Origin: Caballeronia sp. | GTDB taxonomy: Bacteria; Pseudomonadota; Gammaproteobacteria; Burkholderiales; Burkholderiaceae | Assembly: GCF_028292365.1 (NCBI RefSeq) | Contig: NZ_JAQGMM010000244.1 | Coordinates: 12,898-76,897 of the forward strand | DNA: 64,000 bases | Reading direction: 5' to 3' | Shown: positions 47,644-58,308 of the stretch, one piece after another | Position numbering within the stretch: position 1 is the first letter of the stretch | Layout of the letters: each line of letters starts with the position of its first letter | The notes under the pieces: model-generated | What the model saw: the letters and a program-made list of their open reading frames with translations, nothing else | Told to the model about the DNA's origin: nothing | Databases searched by the model: none | Program-made: the position numbers and the translations under genes

Positions 47644-48477
47644 ATGAATCGAACATGGTTTATTACTGGCAGTTCTTCCGGTTTTGGGCGCGTGCTGGCT
47701 GAAAAATTATTGGCGCGCGGCGACCGCGTGGCGGCGACGTTGCGCAAGGTCCACGCCCTCGACGACTTGAAGGAACAGTTCGGCGAGCGCCTTTGGGTGG
47801 CGTCGCTGGATGTGACGGATACGCAAGCCATACGGCAGGTAACCAGCAGGGCTTTTGCCGAGCTGGGGCGTATCGACGTGGTCGTCAGCAACGCCGGCTA
47901 CGGACTGGTCGGCGCAGCGGAGGAATTGAGCGATGAGCAGATCCGCCAGCAAGTCGACACCAACCTTATCGGCTCGATCCAGGTCATACGCGCCGTGTTG
48001 CCGCATTTGCGGCGCCAAGGCGGCGGCAGGATCCTGCAGGTGTCGTCAGAGGGCGGACAGATTACGTATCCGGACTTCAGCTTGTATCACGCGACGAAAT
48101 GGGGAATTGAAGGCTTCGTCGAGGCGGTCGCGACAGAAGTTGCACCGTTCGGGATCGAGTTTACGATCGTGGAGCCGGGGCCCGCAAAAACGAGTTTCGG
48201 TGGCGGCATTGTCAAATCGACGCCCATGGCGATCTATGACAACACGCCGGCCGGCGATGTCCGGCGCGCACTCGAAGCCGGTTCGTTCGCGTTGAAAGGC
48301 GATCCGCTCAAAATGGTCCAGGCGATGATCGATAGCGTCGAACGCACGCCTGCGCCGCTACGGTTGACCTTGGGCAGTGACGCCTTTGACAGGGTTCGCG
48401 CGGGGCTGTCGAAAAGGCTTGCCGAGCTTGATGCGCAGAAGGACATCGCCCGGTCGACCGAGCTGGACGACGCGTGA
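47644..48477 (+). CDS. SDR-family oxidoreductase
   Basis: ITGSSSGFG, NAGYG, YHATK. Confidence 0.95.
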   Translation: MNRTWFITGSSSGFGRVLAEKLLARGDRVAATLRKVHALDDLKEQFGERLWVASLDVTDTQAIRQVTSRAFAELGRIDVVVSNAGYGLVGAAEELSDEQIRQQVDTNLIGSIQVIRAVLPHLRRQGGGRILQVSSEGGQITYPDFSLYHATKWGIEGFVEAVATEVAPFGIEFTIVEPGPAKTSFGGGIVKSTPMAIYDNTPAGDVRRALEAGSFALKGDPLKMVQAMIDSVERTPAPLRLTLGSDAFDRVRAGLSKRLAELDAQKDIARSTELDDA

Positions 48478-48491
48478 TTCAGTGGCGTGAA

Positions 48492-49418
48492 TCAGTGCTT
48501 CCCGTAGATGTCGTTGTCGTTCGCGAATATCTGCGGACCGCGTCGAATCCTGCGTTTTTCGAGCGGTTGCCGATGCGTCAAATTCGCAGAGTCACTCCGT
48601 TGGTTGACCCTCACGGCGGTGACCTGGGTGGCCCCCGTCTCCGTAACGGCACGTAGAAGCATTGCGCGTGCTTCGGAATCGGATACGTCGCTCGCTAATG
48701 CGTCGCCTGCTGATCTCAAGACGCACGGCACATCACCTGCTTTTTCGCAGGCCCGGGCGAGGCCCAGGGCCGAGTCTCTCGCGTGTTCGCGCTGGACCAG
48801 TTCGTTGGTGATTCGCAGAACATCTGTTCGTTGATCCTCACCCGGAGGAAGCATCGCCAGTTGCTGCCGGGCAGTGTTCAGCTCGCCTCGGACCATGGCC
48901 GAACGCACCGTATCGATGATTCCCATCACATCGATCGAGGCGTTTTTTGCGGTTAGCGCGGCATTGATGTTGCCCCGCTGAGCGGTTTCAGTCAGGTCGT
49001 TCGCAGCGAGCGGCCCGGTTCCGGACTTCGCTTCGTGGAGGGTGCCATTGTCAGGCGTGGCGTCATGCGCGGACCCGGAATACAGATACGCAGCGCCCGC
49101 GATCAGCGCGGTCAGGGTTATGAGGGCCGCCCCGGTAAATTTGATGCGTCGGCTCGACTGACTGTGTGCAATGAACGTAGAAGTTTCCGGTTCAGACACG
49201 CTCGGATAGGGCGAATCACCCGGGGTCTTCTTCTCATAGAACCGGTCGGGAAATATCTCGTTGGGCGTTGCTTCGGGCGAGCTTGACTCGGCTGCGCTCA
49301 TGGCCGCCGGTTTCGTTTTACATCGCGGACATGTTGCGTCAGGCGATGCCAGCAGATTGCCGCATACGGGGCAATCACTGGCGGTTTCTTGGATACGCAC
49401 GTTTAAGTCGGTCATCAA
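48492..49418 (-). CDS. Zinc-ribbon, single-TM hypothetical protein with a helical periplasmic domain
   Basis: CPVC-x10-CPRC, one TM (ALITLTALIAGAAYLY), ARACEKAGDVPCV. Confidence 0.7.
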   Translation of the reverse strand: MMTDLNVRIQETASDCPVCGNLLASPDATCPRCKTKPAAMSAAESSSPEATPNEIFPDRFYEKKTPGDSPYPSVSEPETSTFIAHSQSSRRIKFTGAALITLTALIAGAAYLYSGSAHDATPDNGTLHEAKSGTGPLAANDLTETAQRGNINAALTAKNASIDVMGIIDTVRSAMVRGELNTARQQLAMLPPGEDQRTDVLRITNELVQREHARDSALGLARACEKAGDVPCVLRSAGDALASDVSDSEARAMLLRAVTETGATQVTAVRVNQRSDSANLTHRQPLEKRRIRRGPQIFANDNDIYGKH

Positions 49419-49767
49419 AAGGCTTGGAAAAGCATTATGCAGGAACGGTATTTTTTTACTGCGCAGGACGAGGTTGATGCTGAAACGATCGGCTCAGATT
49501 GAGCCTTCCTCACAGCGATTAGCAATGCAAGCAAAGCGATGCAGGGTCGTATCCGGTTTTCGGAACGGCCCTTGGACTAGTCCAAGGCTCGCTGCCTATT
49601 CTCGCTCTAAAGCGTTACTTTAACGCGGCACGTCGTTGATAAGAGATTGCGCGTCGCTTCATCGACTCGTAAATCCGCTGTTTCTAGCGGGTTTTGACCG
49701 TTCCTGACGATTCCCAACTCCGATACGTCATTCGAAGCGCAGCGCCTGAAGGCTGCAGATAGCGCGC

Positions 49768-50574
49768 TTATTCCGCGCCGCCATGCCGGCCGGCGCCGGC
49801 GGCAAAGCGGCCCGCACCCGCGAGTCCTTCGGCAAACACCGCCGCATAACCGCCCGCGCCTTCGCGGCGTAGTGCATCGGCCAGATCGTCGGCGAGCGCG
49901 TTGTCATAGACCGAGCGCCGGTCGGCGCGCATCGCCGCCTGAGGCAAAGCGGCGAGTTCGCAGGCAAGCGTTTCAGCGGCCGCACGCGAGCCGCCACGCT
50001 CGACCTTCCGATTAGCGAGACCCAGCGCGAGCGCCTCGCTGGCATCCACAGCGCGGCCAGTGAGAATCAGGTCCATCGCCCGCGACATGCCGATCAGGCG
50101 AGGCAGCCGGAGCGTCCCGCCATCGATTAACGGCACGCCGAAACGACGGCAGAAAACGCCCATCACCGCATCTTCTTCAACGATCCGTAAATCGCACCAC
50201 GCCGCGAGTTCCAGGCCACCTGCTACTGCATGCCCTGCGATGGCCGCGATCACCGGCTTGTCGAGCATCAACCGCGTAGGCCCCATTGGGCCTGGACCTG
50301 TCCCGTCGGCGTGAATCTCGTTGCGATGCTCATCGTCGTTCAGCGCCGTGAGATCCGCGCCCGCGCAGAACGTGCCTCCCGCACCCCACAGCACGGCGAC
50401 CGCCATCGAGGGGTCAGCATCGAATAATTCGAAGGCCGCGCGCAGTGCATCGGCGACCTGCCGGTTCACCGCATTTCGCCGCTCTGGCCGATCGAGCACG
50501 ACCGTCGCAACACGCGAATCCATCGGATGCAATTCGAGGCGAACGTGATCTCCGAAGCGGGTGACGTGTGGCAC
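49768..50574 (-). CDS. Enoyl-CoA hydratase/crotonase family
   Basis: RPERRNA, FCAGADL, AVAGGLEL, RRFGVPLIDGG. Confidence 0.92.
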   Translation of the reverse strand: MPHVTRFGDHVRLELHPMDSRVATVVLDRPERRNAVNRQVADALRAAFELFDADPSMAVAVLWGAGGTFCAGADLTALNDDEHRNEIHADGTGPGPMGPTRLMLDKPVIAAIAGHAVAGGLELAAWCDLRIVEEDAVMGVFCRRFGVPLIDGGTLRLPRLIGMSRAMDLILTGRAVDASEALALGLANRKVERGGSRAAAETLACELAALPQAAMRADRRSVYDNALADDLADALRREGAGGYAAVFAEGLAGAGRFAAGAGRHGGAE

Positions 50575-50781
50575 GGCTTTTCTCCTGAGCAAACGGCATG
50601 CAGGCAAGCATACGCCGCCGGATCTCGATGCACGACCGACCGCGATGCTTCAGAAAATAGTTGGCGAGGCATGTCGATTCCTGAACGCGCCGCACGTCGT
50701 GGGGATAAGGCGGCGATCCGAAAGATGTTGCTTCGTGCCCCTTATTTTTATCCACATCGAAACCACGAAAGGAGAGCGTTC

Positions 50782-51135
50782 ATGACTTACGTAGATGGTT
50801 TTGTCGTCGCGGTGCTAACGAAGGATCGCGAGACATACACGAAGCATGCTGAAGCGGCGGCGGTCGTTTTCAAGGAGAACGGTGCGCTGAACGTAGTCGA
50901 ATGCTGGGGTGATGACGTGCCGGAAGGGAAGCTGACGTCGTTCCCAATGGCAGTCAAACGCAAGGACGACGAGACGGTGGTGTTCTCGTGGGTTGTCTGG
51001 CCGTCGCGTCAGGTGAGGGATAAAGGCATGGAAGCGGTAATGGCCGATCCCAGATTACAGCCCGACACCAACCCAATGCCTTTCGACGGCAAGCGCATGA
51101 TCTACGGTGGTTTCGAGGTGATCGTGGACGCGTGA
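50782..51135 (+). CDS. DUF1428 (YbaA-like) protein
   Basis: MTYVDGFV, ECWGDDVP, VVFSW, MPFDGKRMIYGGF; AAAGGAG RBS. Confidence 0.92.
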   Translation: MTYVDGFVVAVLTKDRETYTKHAEAAAVVFKENGALNVVECWGDDVPEGKLTSFPMAVKRKDDETVVFSWVVWPSRQVRDKGMEAVMADPRLQPDTNPMPFDGKRMIYGGFEVIVDA

Positions 51136-51205
51136 GTAAGCGTGAGTACTTTTCATCGGGCGATGCGCATGCTACGAACATGCTAGGAACCCCCCCACGC
51201 CCGCT

Positions 51206-52144
51206 CTACTTCACAGGAGCTTGACGTCGCGGACCCATGCCCGGAAGTCGCTTGATCACACCCGTAGCCAGGGCCGTCCCGACAAGAATAGTGGCACATG
51301 CCTTGATCATTCCGGGCGATACCTGTTCCGAGAGAAAGAGTGCGCCCCAGAGGATGCCGAAGATCGGGATGACGAACGTGACGCTGATCGTACGCGCGGG
51401 GCCGGTTGCCGCAATGAGACTGAAGAACAGCATATAAGCGACGCCGGTACACGCTACGCCAAGCGCGATTACCGCTCCCCAGGACTGCGCCGAGATGGGC
51501 GTAGCCGGCCACCAGTACACCGCGAACGGCAGCAGCACGACTGTCGCTGCGGTCATCGTGCCGGTGGCGACGGCGAGGGAATTGACGCCGGTGAGATTGC
51601 GTTTGGTATAGCTCGCGGAGATCCCATACAGCAGCGTCGCGCCGAGCGCAGCGGCTGCGGCAAGCGCGGTGGTTGCCGGCGTCACGGGCACCCCTGTGCT
51701 TGTCCCTGCGTCCATCTGATTCCAGACCAGCGCGACCACGCCGAGAAAACCAATTACAAGTCCGACTACGCGTAGCCCGGTCAGGCGATCCTTCAGCCAC
51801 AGGAATGCAACGATCGCGCCCCACAGCGGCGTGGTCGCGTTGATCACCGACGTCACGCCCGCCGATAACGTGAGTTCCGCGTAAGCGAACAGGCAAAACG
51901 GTGCGGCCGAGTTCAGGATGCCAACCACAAAAAGCGGCCATGCATGGGTGCGCATGGTCTGCAAGGAGGCGCGAGCGGACCCGCGCAGGACCAGCACGGC
52001 CAGCAGGAACAATGCGCCGATGCCAACCCGCAGCGCCATCGACGGCGCGACGCCAAAGTCAGCGACGCCGATGCGGATAAAGAGGAACGACCCTCCCCAT
52101 AAAGCGGCGAGGACGAGCAACTGGACGATATTTATAGGATTCAT
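51206..52144 (-). CDS. DMT/EamA-family transporter
   Basis: LAALWGGSFLFIR, 10 TMs, CTGVAY, VTFVIP. Confidence 0.93.
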   Translation of the reverse strand: MNPINIVQLLVLAALWGGSFLFIRIGVADFGVAPSMALRVGIGALFLLAVLVLRGSARASLQTMRTHAWPLFVVGILNSAAPFCLFAYAELTLSAGVTSVINATTPLWGAIVAFLWLKDRLTGLRVVGLVIGFLGVVALVWNQMDAGTSTGVPVTPATTALAAAAALGATLLYGISASYTKRNLTGVNSLAVATGTMTAATVVLLPFAVYWWPATPISAQSWGAVIALGVACTGVAYMLFFSLIAATGPARTISVTFVIPIFGILWGALFLSEQVSPGMIKACATILVGTALATGVIKRLPGMGPRRQAPVK

Positions 52145-52415
52145 TTTAGGGCGTCGAGCGCAGTGGAGTCATGACGCGGAGCCATCGTAAAGGCGCTTTG
52201 GCGCGAGATGGTTCAGTGCGGCATGAAACAACAAATGAGCGAACATCGTGGTTCGCTGTATGGCTGCCATCGTAGGCGTGGGAGCCCTAACCGGGCAAAC
52301 GAACAATTCTCATGCGTATGTGAGAAAAATTACGATCGGATTGGACGGCCAGGGTGAAATGGACGCCCGCATAACGCGGCCTCAGGGTTATCTCTAGTAT
52401 CTCGATAACTTGGCA

Positions 52416-52448
52416 AATTTGTATGATGACCACATCACCTAACAAATT
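52416..52448. promoter_or_regulatory. FadR-type operator candidate upstream of the tetronate operon
   Basis: AATTTGT...ACAAATT outer and TGATG-N4-CATCA inner inverted repeats. Confidence 0.45.
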
Positions 52449-52457
52449 AGGGGCTGC

Positions 52458-53162
52458 ATGTTCGACAAGATTCCTGCGCGAGCCCTGAGCGATACGGTCG
52501 CGCAGCAGCTTCAGTTGCAAATCGAAAAGGGCAGCTTCGTCAAAAGTGGCAAGTTGCCGACCGAAGCCGTGCTGGCCCAGGAGTTCGGGGTGAGCCGGAC
52601 GGTTATCCGCGAGGCGATCTCGCGGCTGAAGAACGAAGGGATGGTCGAGCCGCGCCAGGGTAGCGGCGTGTTTATCGTCGAGCGGGCGGGGATCAGGCCG
52701 CTGCGGATCGACTACGCGCAAGCGGTCGAGCCGGGCGCGGTCGTGCAGATTCTGGCGCTGCGCCGGGCGATCGAGGCGGAAGTTGCGTCGGAGGCGGCCA
52801 TGCGCCGCACGGACGCGCAAATGGACGTGATCGAGGCGAAGCTGGCGCAGATCGAACTTGCTGTAGCGCAAGGCGAGGACGGCGTGACTGAAGACGTCGA
52901 GTTTCATCGCGCGATTGCCAGCGCCACCGGCAATCCGTATTTCCTGACCACGCTTGCCTTCCTGAACCAATATCTCGAGGCCGGCACGCTCGTTACGCGC
53001 CGCAACGAAGCACTGCGGGAAGATTTTTCGCGGCAGGTCCGCGAGGAACATGCGCGGATTGCGGCTGCCATTCGCGCGGGCGACCCCATGGCGGCGCGTA
53101 ATGCCGCGCAGACCCATCTTTACAACGCCGCTCGCCGCCTCGCGGAAGCCGGCATTTGCTGA
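52458..53162 (+). CDS. FadR/GntR-family regulator of the tetronate operon
   Basis: LPTE...FGVSRTVIREA; FCD domain (DVEFHRAIA, EEH). Confidence 0.93.
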   Translation: MFDKIPARALSDTVAQQLQLQIEKGSFVKSGKLPTEAVLAQEFGVSRTVIREAISRLKNEGMVEPRQGSGVFIVERAGIRPLRIDYAQAVEPGAVVQILALRRAIEAEVASEAAMRRTDAQMDVIEAKLAQIELAVAQGEDGVTEDVEFHRAIASATGNPYFLTTLAFLNQYLEAGTLVTRRNEALREDFSRQVREEHARIAAAIRAGDPMAARNAAQTHLYNAARRLAEAGIC

Positions 53163-53186
53163 CCAGTTAATTCGAAGGATAACGAA

Positions 53187-54089
53187 ATGTCCAGAAACGT
53201 GGGAGTGATCGGCTTGGGTGCAATGGGCCTGGGTGTCGCGCGTTCGTTGTTGCGCGCGGGCTTCAAGGTTCACGCTTGCGACGTGCGTGCTCAAGTACTC
53301 GAAGCGTTCGCGGGCGAGGGCGGCATCGCCTGTGCCACGCCGGCCGAGTTGGGCAGCCAGTGCGAGGTGGTGGTGACCGTTGTTGTCAACGCGGCGCAAA
53401 CGGAGACCGTGCTGTTCGGTTCGCAGACTCAACCAGGCGCCGTTTCCACCATGAAACCCGGTGGTGTTGTCCTGGCCTGTGCGACGGTGTCACCGGCCTT
53501 TGCCGTCGAACTCGGCAAGCGCGTGGAAGCGGCCGGCTTGCATATGCTCGATGCACCCCTGTCCGGTGGCGCGGCCCGCGCCGCATCCGGCGAAATGACG
53601 ATGATGACGTCCGGTCCCGCATCCGCCTATAAGGCTTGCGAGGACGTGCTCGAAGCGATTGCAGGCAAGGTGTACCGCCTGGGCGATGAGCATGGCGCAG
53701 GCTCGAAGGTGAAGATCATCAACCAGTTGCTTGCCGGCGTGCACATTGCCGCGGCAGCCGAGGCCATGGCGCTTGGGCTTCGCGAAGGTGTGGACCCGGA
53801 TGCGCTCTACGATGTCATCACGCATAGCGCGGGCAACTCGTGGATGTTCGAGAACCGCGTGCCGCACATTCTTGCTGGAGACTACACGCCGCTGTCCGCC
53901 GTCGATATTTTCGTGAAGGATCTCGGCCTCGTCCTCGATACAGCGCGCACGTCGAAATTTCCGTTGCCGTTGTCGGCGGCGGCACACCAGATGTTCATGA
54001 TGGCGTCGACGGCCGGGCACGGTGGCGAAGACGACTCGGCGGTGATCAAGATTTTCCCGGGCATCGACATACCGAAGGGAGCCAAATAA
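53187..54089 (+). CDS. ltnD: L-threonate dehydrogenase
   Basis: IGLGAMG, DAPLSGG, KIINQLLAGVH, AGNSWMFENR; operon context. Confidence 0.9.
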   Translation: MSRNVGVIGLGAMGLGVARSLLRAGFKVHACDVRAQVLEAFAGEGGIACATPAELGSQCEVVVTVVVNAAQTETVLFGSQTQPGAVSTMKPGGVVLACATVSPAFAVELGKRVEAAGLHMLDAPLSGGAARAASGEMTMMTSGPASAYKACEDVLEAIAGKVYRLGDEHGAGSKVKIINQLLAGVHIAAAAEAMALGLREGVDPDALYDVITHSAGNSWMFENRVPHILAGDYTPLSAVDIFVKDLGLVLDTARTSKFPLPLSAAAHQMFMMASTAGHGGEDDSAVIKIFPGIDIPKGAK

Positions 54090-55375
54090 TGACCAAAGCG
54101 CTGCTTGGTTGCATTGCCGACGACTTCACCGGCGCGACCGATCTCGCCAACATGCTCGTGCGCGGCGGCATGCGCGCGGTGCAAACCATTGGCGTGCCGG
54201 CATCGGATACGACGACTGCAGCCGATTTGGAAGCCGACGCGCTGATCGTCGCGTTGAAATCTCGCACCATCCCTGCGGAAGAGGCGGTCGCACAGTCGCT
54301 GGCGGCGCTCGAATGGCTGCGCGCGCAAGGCTGCCAGCAGTTCCTGTTCAAGTACTGCTCGACCTTCGATTCCACCGATAAAGGCAACATCGGTCCAGTC
54401 GCCGATGCCTTGCTCGATGCGCTGGGCGAGGATTTCACACTCGCGTGTCCCGCGTTTCCAGAGAACGGCCGCACGATCTTTCGCGGCAACTTGTTCGTGG
54501 GCGATGTGCTGCTGAGCGAGTCGGGCATGCAGAACCATCCGCTTACGCCCATGACCGATCCTAACCTCGTGCGCGTACTGCAACGCCAGACGAAATCGAA
54601 GGTCGGGTTGATCGCTTATGACGTGATCGCCAAAGGACCGCAAGCGGTGCGCGACAGGATCGCCGTGTTGCGCAAAGAAGGCGTGCGTATGGCGATTGCC
54701 GATGCCGTCTCGGATGCCGATCTTTACGTGCTGGGCGAAGCCTGCGCGGATCTCAAGCTGATCACGGGTGGCTCGGGCATCGCGCTCGGCTTGCCGAATA
54801 ACTTCCGCGCGGCGAACTTGCTGACTGAAGCGGGTCATGCGTCGGAGCTGCCCAGGATCGAAGGTAAATCGGTCGTGCTGGCGGGCAGCGCGTCGAAGGC
54901 GACCAACGAGCAGGTGGTGGAGTGGCGCGCGACGAAACCAAGCTTTCGAATCGATCCGCTCGCGCTCTCGCGCGGCGAACCCGTGGTCGAAAAAGCCGTT
55001 GAATTCGCGGCGAAGCACGGCGATGAAACCGTGCTGATCTACGCCACGTCCACGCCCGACGAAGTGAAGGCGGTGCAGAAGGAATTGGGCGTCGATCGAG
55101 CCGGGCATCTGGTCGAACAAGCGTTGGCATCGATTGCAAGCAGGCTTCGCGATGCGGGCGTGCGCAAGTTTGTTGTCGCGGGCGGCGAGACCTCCGGCGC
55201 GGTCGTGCAGGCGCTCGGCGTGAAGTCATTGCGGATTGGCGCCCAGATCGATCCGGGCGTGCCGGCGACGCAATCCATTGGCGAAGAACCGCTGGCGCTC
55301 GCGTTGAAATCGGGCAATTTCGGCACGAAGGATTTCTTCGTGAAGGCGCTGAACTCTCTCGATGGAGCCGCGTGA
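54089..55375 (+). CDS. otnK: 3-oxo-tetronate kinase (DUF1537)
   Basis: GCIADDFTGATD, FKYCSTFDST, GNIGP, AGGETSG, KSGNFG. Confidence 0.93.
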   Translation: MTKALLGCIADDFTGATDLANMLVRGGMRAVQTIGVPASDTTTAADLEADALIVALKSRTIPAEEAVAQSLAALEWLRAQGCQQFLFKYCSTFDSTDKGNIGPVADALLDALGEDFTLACPAFPENGRTIFRGNLFVGDVLLSESGMQNHPLTPMTDPNLVRVLQRQTKSKVGLIAYDVIAKGPQAVRDRIAVLRKEGVRMAIADAVSDADLYVLGEACADLKLITGGSGIALGLPNNFRAANLLTEAGHASELPRIEGKSVVLAGSASKATNEQVVEWRATKPSFRIDPLALSRGEPVVEKAVEFAAKHGDETVLIYATSTPDEVKAVQKELGVDRAGHLVEQALASIASRLRDAGVRKFVVAGGETSGAVVQALGVKSLRIGAQIDPGVPATQSIGEEPLALALKSGNFGTKDFFVKALNSLDGAA

Positions 55376-56031
55376 CCATGGCGACGAACGAGAACCGCAT
55401 TCGCGAGGAAATCTGCGAGACGGGCGCGAGTCTTTACGAGCGTCGTTATACGGTGGGTACGGCCGGGAACATCAGCGCGCGGCTAGACGACGGCTGGCTG
55501 ATTACACCGACCGATGCCTGCCTCGGTCGCCTCGATCCCGCAGATATTGCCAAGGTCGATGCAGCGGGTAATCACGTGTCGGGCGGCAAACCATCGAAGA
55601 CGTTGGCGCTGCATCGAAAGATCTATGAGAACAATGGCGACACGCACGGCATTGTCCACACGCACTCCACGCATCTGGTCGCTTTGACGCTTGCTGGTAT
55701 CTGGCGCCGTGACGATGTACTGCCGCCAATCACGCCGTACCACGTGATGAAAGTGGGGCATGTGCCGTTGATCGCTTACCGGCGTCCAGGCGACCCCATT
55801 GTCGCGGAACAAGTCGCGGCGCTGGCGTCGAAGGTGCGCGCCGTGCTGCTGGAAAGGCTGGGGCCTGTCGTGTGGGAAAAATCGGTCAGCCACGCGTCGT
55901 ACGCGCTGGAAGAGCTTGAGGAAACCGCACGGCTTTGGCTCCTCGCGCGTTCGACCAATGCGCCGCTTCCTGAGCCACTCGACGAGGCGGCCATCGAGGA
56001 TTTGCGCAAGACCTTCAACGTGCGCTGGTAG
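55372..56031 (+). CDS. otnC: 3-oxo-tetronate 4-phosphate decarboxylase (class II aldolase)
   Basis: AGNIS, ITPTDACLG, HTHST, EELEETA; operon context. Confidence 0.85.
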   Translation: MTMATNENRIREEICETGASLYERRYTVGTAGNISARLDDGWLITPTDACLGRLDPADIAKVDAAGNHVSGGKPSKTLALHRKIYENNGDTHGIVHTHSTHLVALTLAGIWRRDDVLPPITPYHVMKVGHVPLIAYRRPGDPIVAEQVAALASKVRAVLLERLGPVVWEKSVSHASYALEELEETARLWLLARSTNAPLPEPLDEAAIEDLRKTFNVRW

Positions 56032-56068
56032 CGCCCACGGGCCCCAAGTCCCTGACAGGATTGAATCA

Positions 56069-56113
56069 ACTCAATCAACCGACTCAATCAACCGACTCAA
56101 TCAACCGACTCAA
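56069..56113. repeat. 13-bp tandem repeat ACTCAATCAACCG x3.5
   Basis: Read directly in the otnC-MFS intergenic region. Confidence 0.92.
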
Positions 56114-56143
56114 CGAACTAGAAGTTGCCTCCCGGAGACGAGC

Positions 56144-57481
56144 ATGACCCCTGACCAAGCGGTGCCTGGCGGCCCGCGCACGCCTGTAGCTTCTGCCTAC
56201 GACAACAAAGAACTTTCCCGCACCTACTCAAAGGTGTTCTGGCGCATCGTGCCGTTCCTCATGCTGTGTTACGTGGTCGCCTATCTGGATCGGGTGAACG
56301 TGGGCTTTGCGAAACTACAGATGTCGCAGGATCTTGGTTTCAGCGAGACTGTATTCGGCCTTGGCGCTGGCGTCTTTTTCCTCGGCTATTTTCTATTCGA
56401 ACTGCCAAGCAATATCCTGATGCACAAGATCGGCGCGCGCATCTGGATTGCGAGAATCATGATCACCTGGGGCATCCTCTCGGCGCTCTTTGTGTTTGTG
56501 AAGACCCCCACGCAGTTCTATGTCCTACGGTTCCTTCTCGGACTGGCTGAAGCCGGTTTTTATCCCGGCGTGATTCTCTACCTGACCTACTGGTTCCCGT
56601 CGCACCGGCGCGCGAAGATTGTGGCCGTGTTCATGTCGGCTATTCCGGTGGCGGGCATCTTCGGTAATCCATTATCCGGCTGGATCATGCAGACGTTCTC
56701 GGACAGCCGCCACTTCGAAGGCTGGCAGTGGATGTTCCTGATCGAAGCCGTCCCGGCGCTGTTGATCGGCATTGCGACCATCCTGTATCTGGACAACAAC
56801 ATCCGCAGCGCAAAGTGGCTCAGTGAACGCGAAAAGTGCTTGCTGGAAGATGAAATCAGCGCGCAGCCACAACACGCCGGCGACAGCACCAAACATTCGC
56901 TGCGAGCACTATTCGCCGACAGCCGCATGTGGTGGATGTCGCTGATCTACTTCGCGTTCGTGACCGGGCAATACGGCCTCACGTTCTGGATGCCGACCTT
57001 CATCAAGTCCACAGGCGTGAGCGGTGCATTCAATATCGGCTTGCTGAGCGCGATCCCGTTCCTGGTGGCTATCGTGGTGATGAACGTGCTGGGTCATAGC
57101 GCGGACAAGCGGCGCGAGCGGCGCTGGCATCTGATCGTACCGGCGCTTGCTGCAGCAGTCGGTTTCTCGGTGGCTGCATCGTTCGCCGGCAATACGGCAA
57201 TATCGATCATCGCGCTCTCCGTTGCCGCCGCCGGTGTCCTGACGTGTGCGCCGTTGTTCTGGTCTCTGCCTACCGCCTTCATGTCGGGCGCCGCAGCGGC
57301 GGCCGGAATCGCGGTGATCAATTCGATCGGCAATCTGGCCGGCTTTGCGAGTCCTTACATGATTGGTTATCTGAAAGACCTGACGCACAGCACGGCGACG
57401 GGCATGTACGTCCTCGCCGCCATGCTTGTAATTGGTGCTATCGCTACGTGGCTTGTGCCTGCCAAGCTCGTGAATCGCTGA
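56144..57481 (+). CDS. MFS transporter (ACS/tartrate-like), putative tetronate uptake
   Basis: [48 protein letters not shown]. Confidence 0.92.
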   Translation: MTPDQAVPGGPRTPVASAYDNKELSRTYSKVFWRIVPFLMLCYVVAYLDRVNVGFAKLQMSQDLGFSETVFGLGAGVFFLGYFLFELPSNILMHKIGARIWIARIMITWGILSALFVFVKTPTQFYVLRFLLGLAEAGFYPGVILYLTYWFPSHRRAKIVAVFMSAIPVAGIFGNPLSGWIMQTFSDSRHFEGWQWMFLIEAVPALLIGIATILYLDNNIRSAKWLSEREKCLLEDEISAQPQHAGDSTKHSLRALFADSRMWWMSLIYFAFVTGQYGLTFWMPTFIKSTGVSGAFNIGLLSAIPFLVAIVVMNVLGHSADKRRERRWHLIVPALAAAVGFSVAASFAGNTAISIIALSVAAAGVLTCAPLFWSLPTAFMSGAAAAAGIAVINSIGNLAGFASPYMIGYLKDLTHSTATGMYVLAAMLVIGAIATWLVPAKLVNR

Positions 57482-57503
57482 ACTCATTCAAGGAGTCGAT
57501 GTT

Positions 57504-58301
57504 ATGCCCCGTTTTGCCGCCAACCTCACGATGATGTACACCGAGCACGCGTTCCTCGACCGTTTCGCCGCTGCAGCGAAGGACGGCTTCAAGGCCGTGG
57601 AGTTCCTGTTCCCCTATGACTTCGCCGCAGCCGAGATCAAGGCGCGGCTCGACGAACACGGCCTCAAGCAGGCCTTGTTCAACGCACCGCCGGGCGACTG
57701 GGCAAAAGGCGAGCGCGGGATCGCTTCGCTGCCGGGGCGCGAGGAAGAGTTCGCGCGCGCACTGGACAAGGCGCTTGAATATACCGCCGCGCTCGGCAAC
57801 AAGACCCTGCATGTGATGGCGGGCCTGATCACGCCGGAACAGTCGCGTGAAAAACATCGTGCGGTGTACCTGAAGAACCTCGAACTGGCGGCAAACGCCG
57901 CACGCGCGACCGGTATCACGATCGTTATCGAACCGATCAATACGCGTGATATGCCCGGCTTTTTCCTCAATCGCCAGGACGACGCGCAGGCGATCTGCGA
58001 AGAGATCGGTGCGCCCAATCTCAAGGTGCAATTTGATTGTTACCACTGCCAGATCATGGAGGGAGACCTCGCGGTCAAACTTCGGCGGGACATGAAGCGC
58101 GCGCATGCGGGCATCGGTCATGTCCAGGTCGCGGGCGTGCCGGAGCGGCATGAACCGGACATGGGTGAACTGAATTATCCGTACTTGTTCGACCTGATCG
58201 ATTCGCTTGGCTACGACGGCTGGATCGGCTGTGAATACCGGCCGAAAGCCGCGACGTCCGACGGGCTCGGCTGGATCAAACCTTATCTGCAACGTGCGTG
58301 A
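57504..58301 (+). CDS. otnI: 2-oxo-tetronate isomerase (Hyi family)
   Basis: [39 protein letters not shown]. Confidence 0.9.
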   Translation: MPRFAANLTMMYTEHAFLDRFAAAAKDGFKAVEFLFPYDFAAAEIKARLDEHGLKQALFNAPPGDWAKGERGIASLPGREEEFARALDKALEYTAALGNKTLHVMAGLITPEQSREKHRAVYLKNLELAANAARATGITIVIEPINTRDMPGFFLNRQDDAQAICEEIGAPNLKVQFDCYHCQIMEGDLAVKLRRDMKRAHAGIGHVQVAGVPERHEPDMGELNYPYLFDLIDSLGYDGWIGCEYRPKAATSDGLGWIKPYLQRA

Positions 58302-58308
58302 GGACACC

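Noticed and set aside
53882-55120. 412-aa - strand ORF opposite otnK
   Set aside because: Antisense shadow with no motifs.
56069-56113. Iteron or CRISPR-like repeat; N-terminal extension of the MFS ORF from 55799
   Set aside because: The 13-mers are contiguous with no rep gene nearby; the MFS has a good GGAG RBS before ATG 56144, and the extension overlaps otnC.
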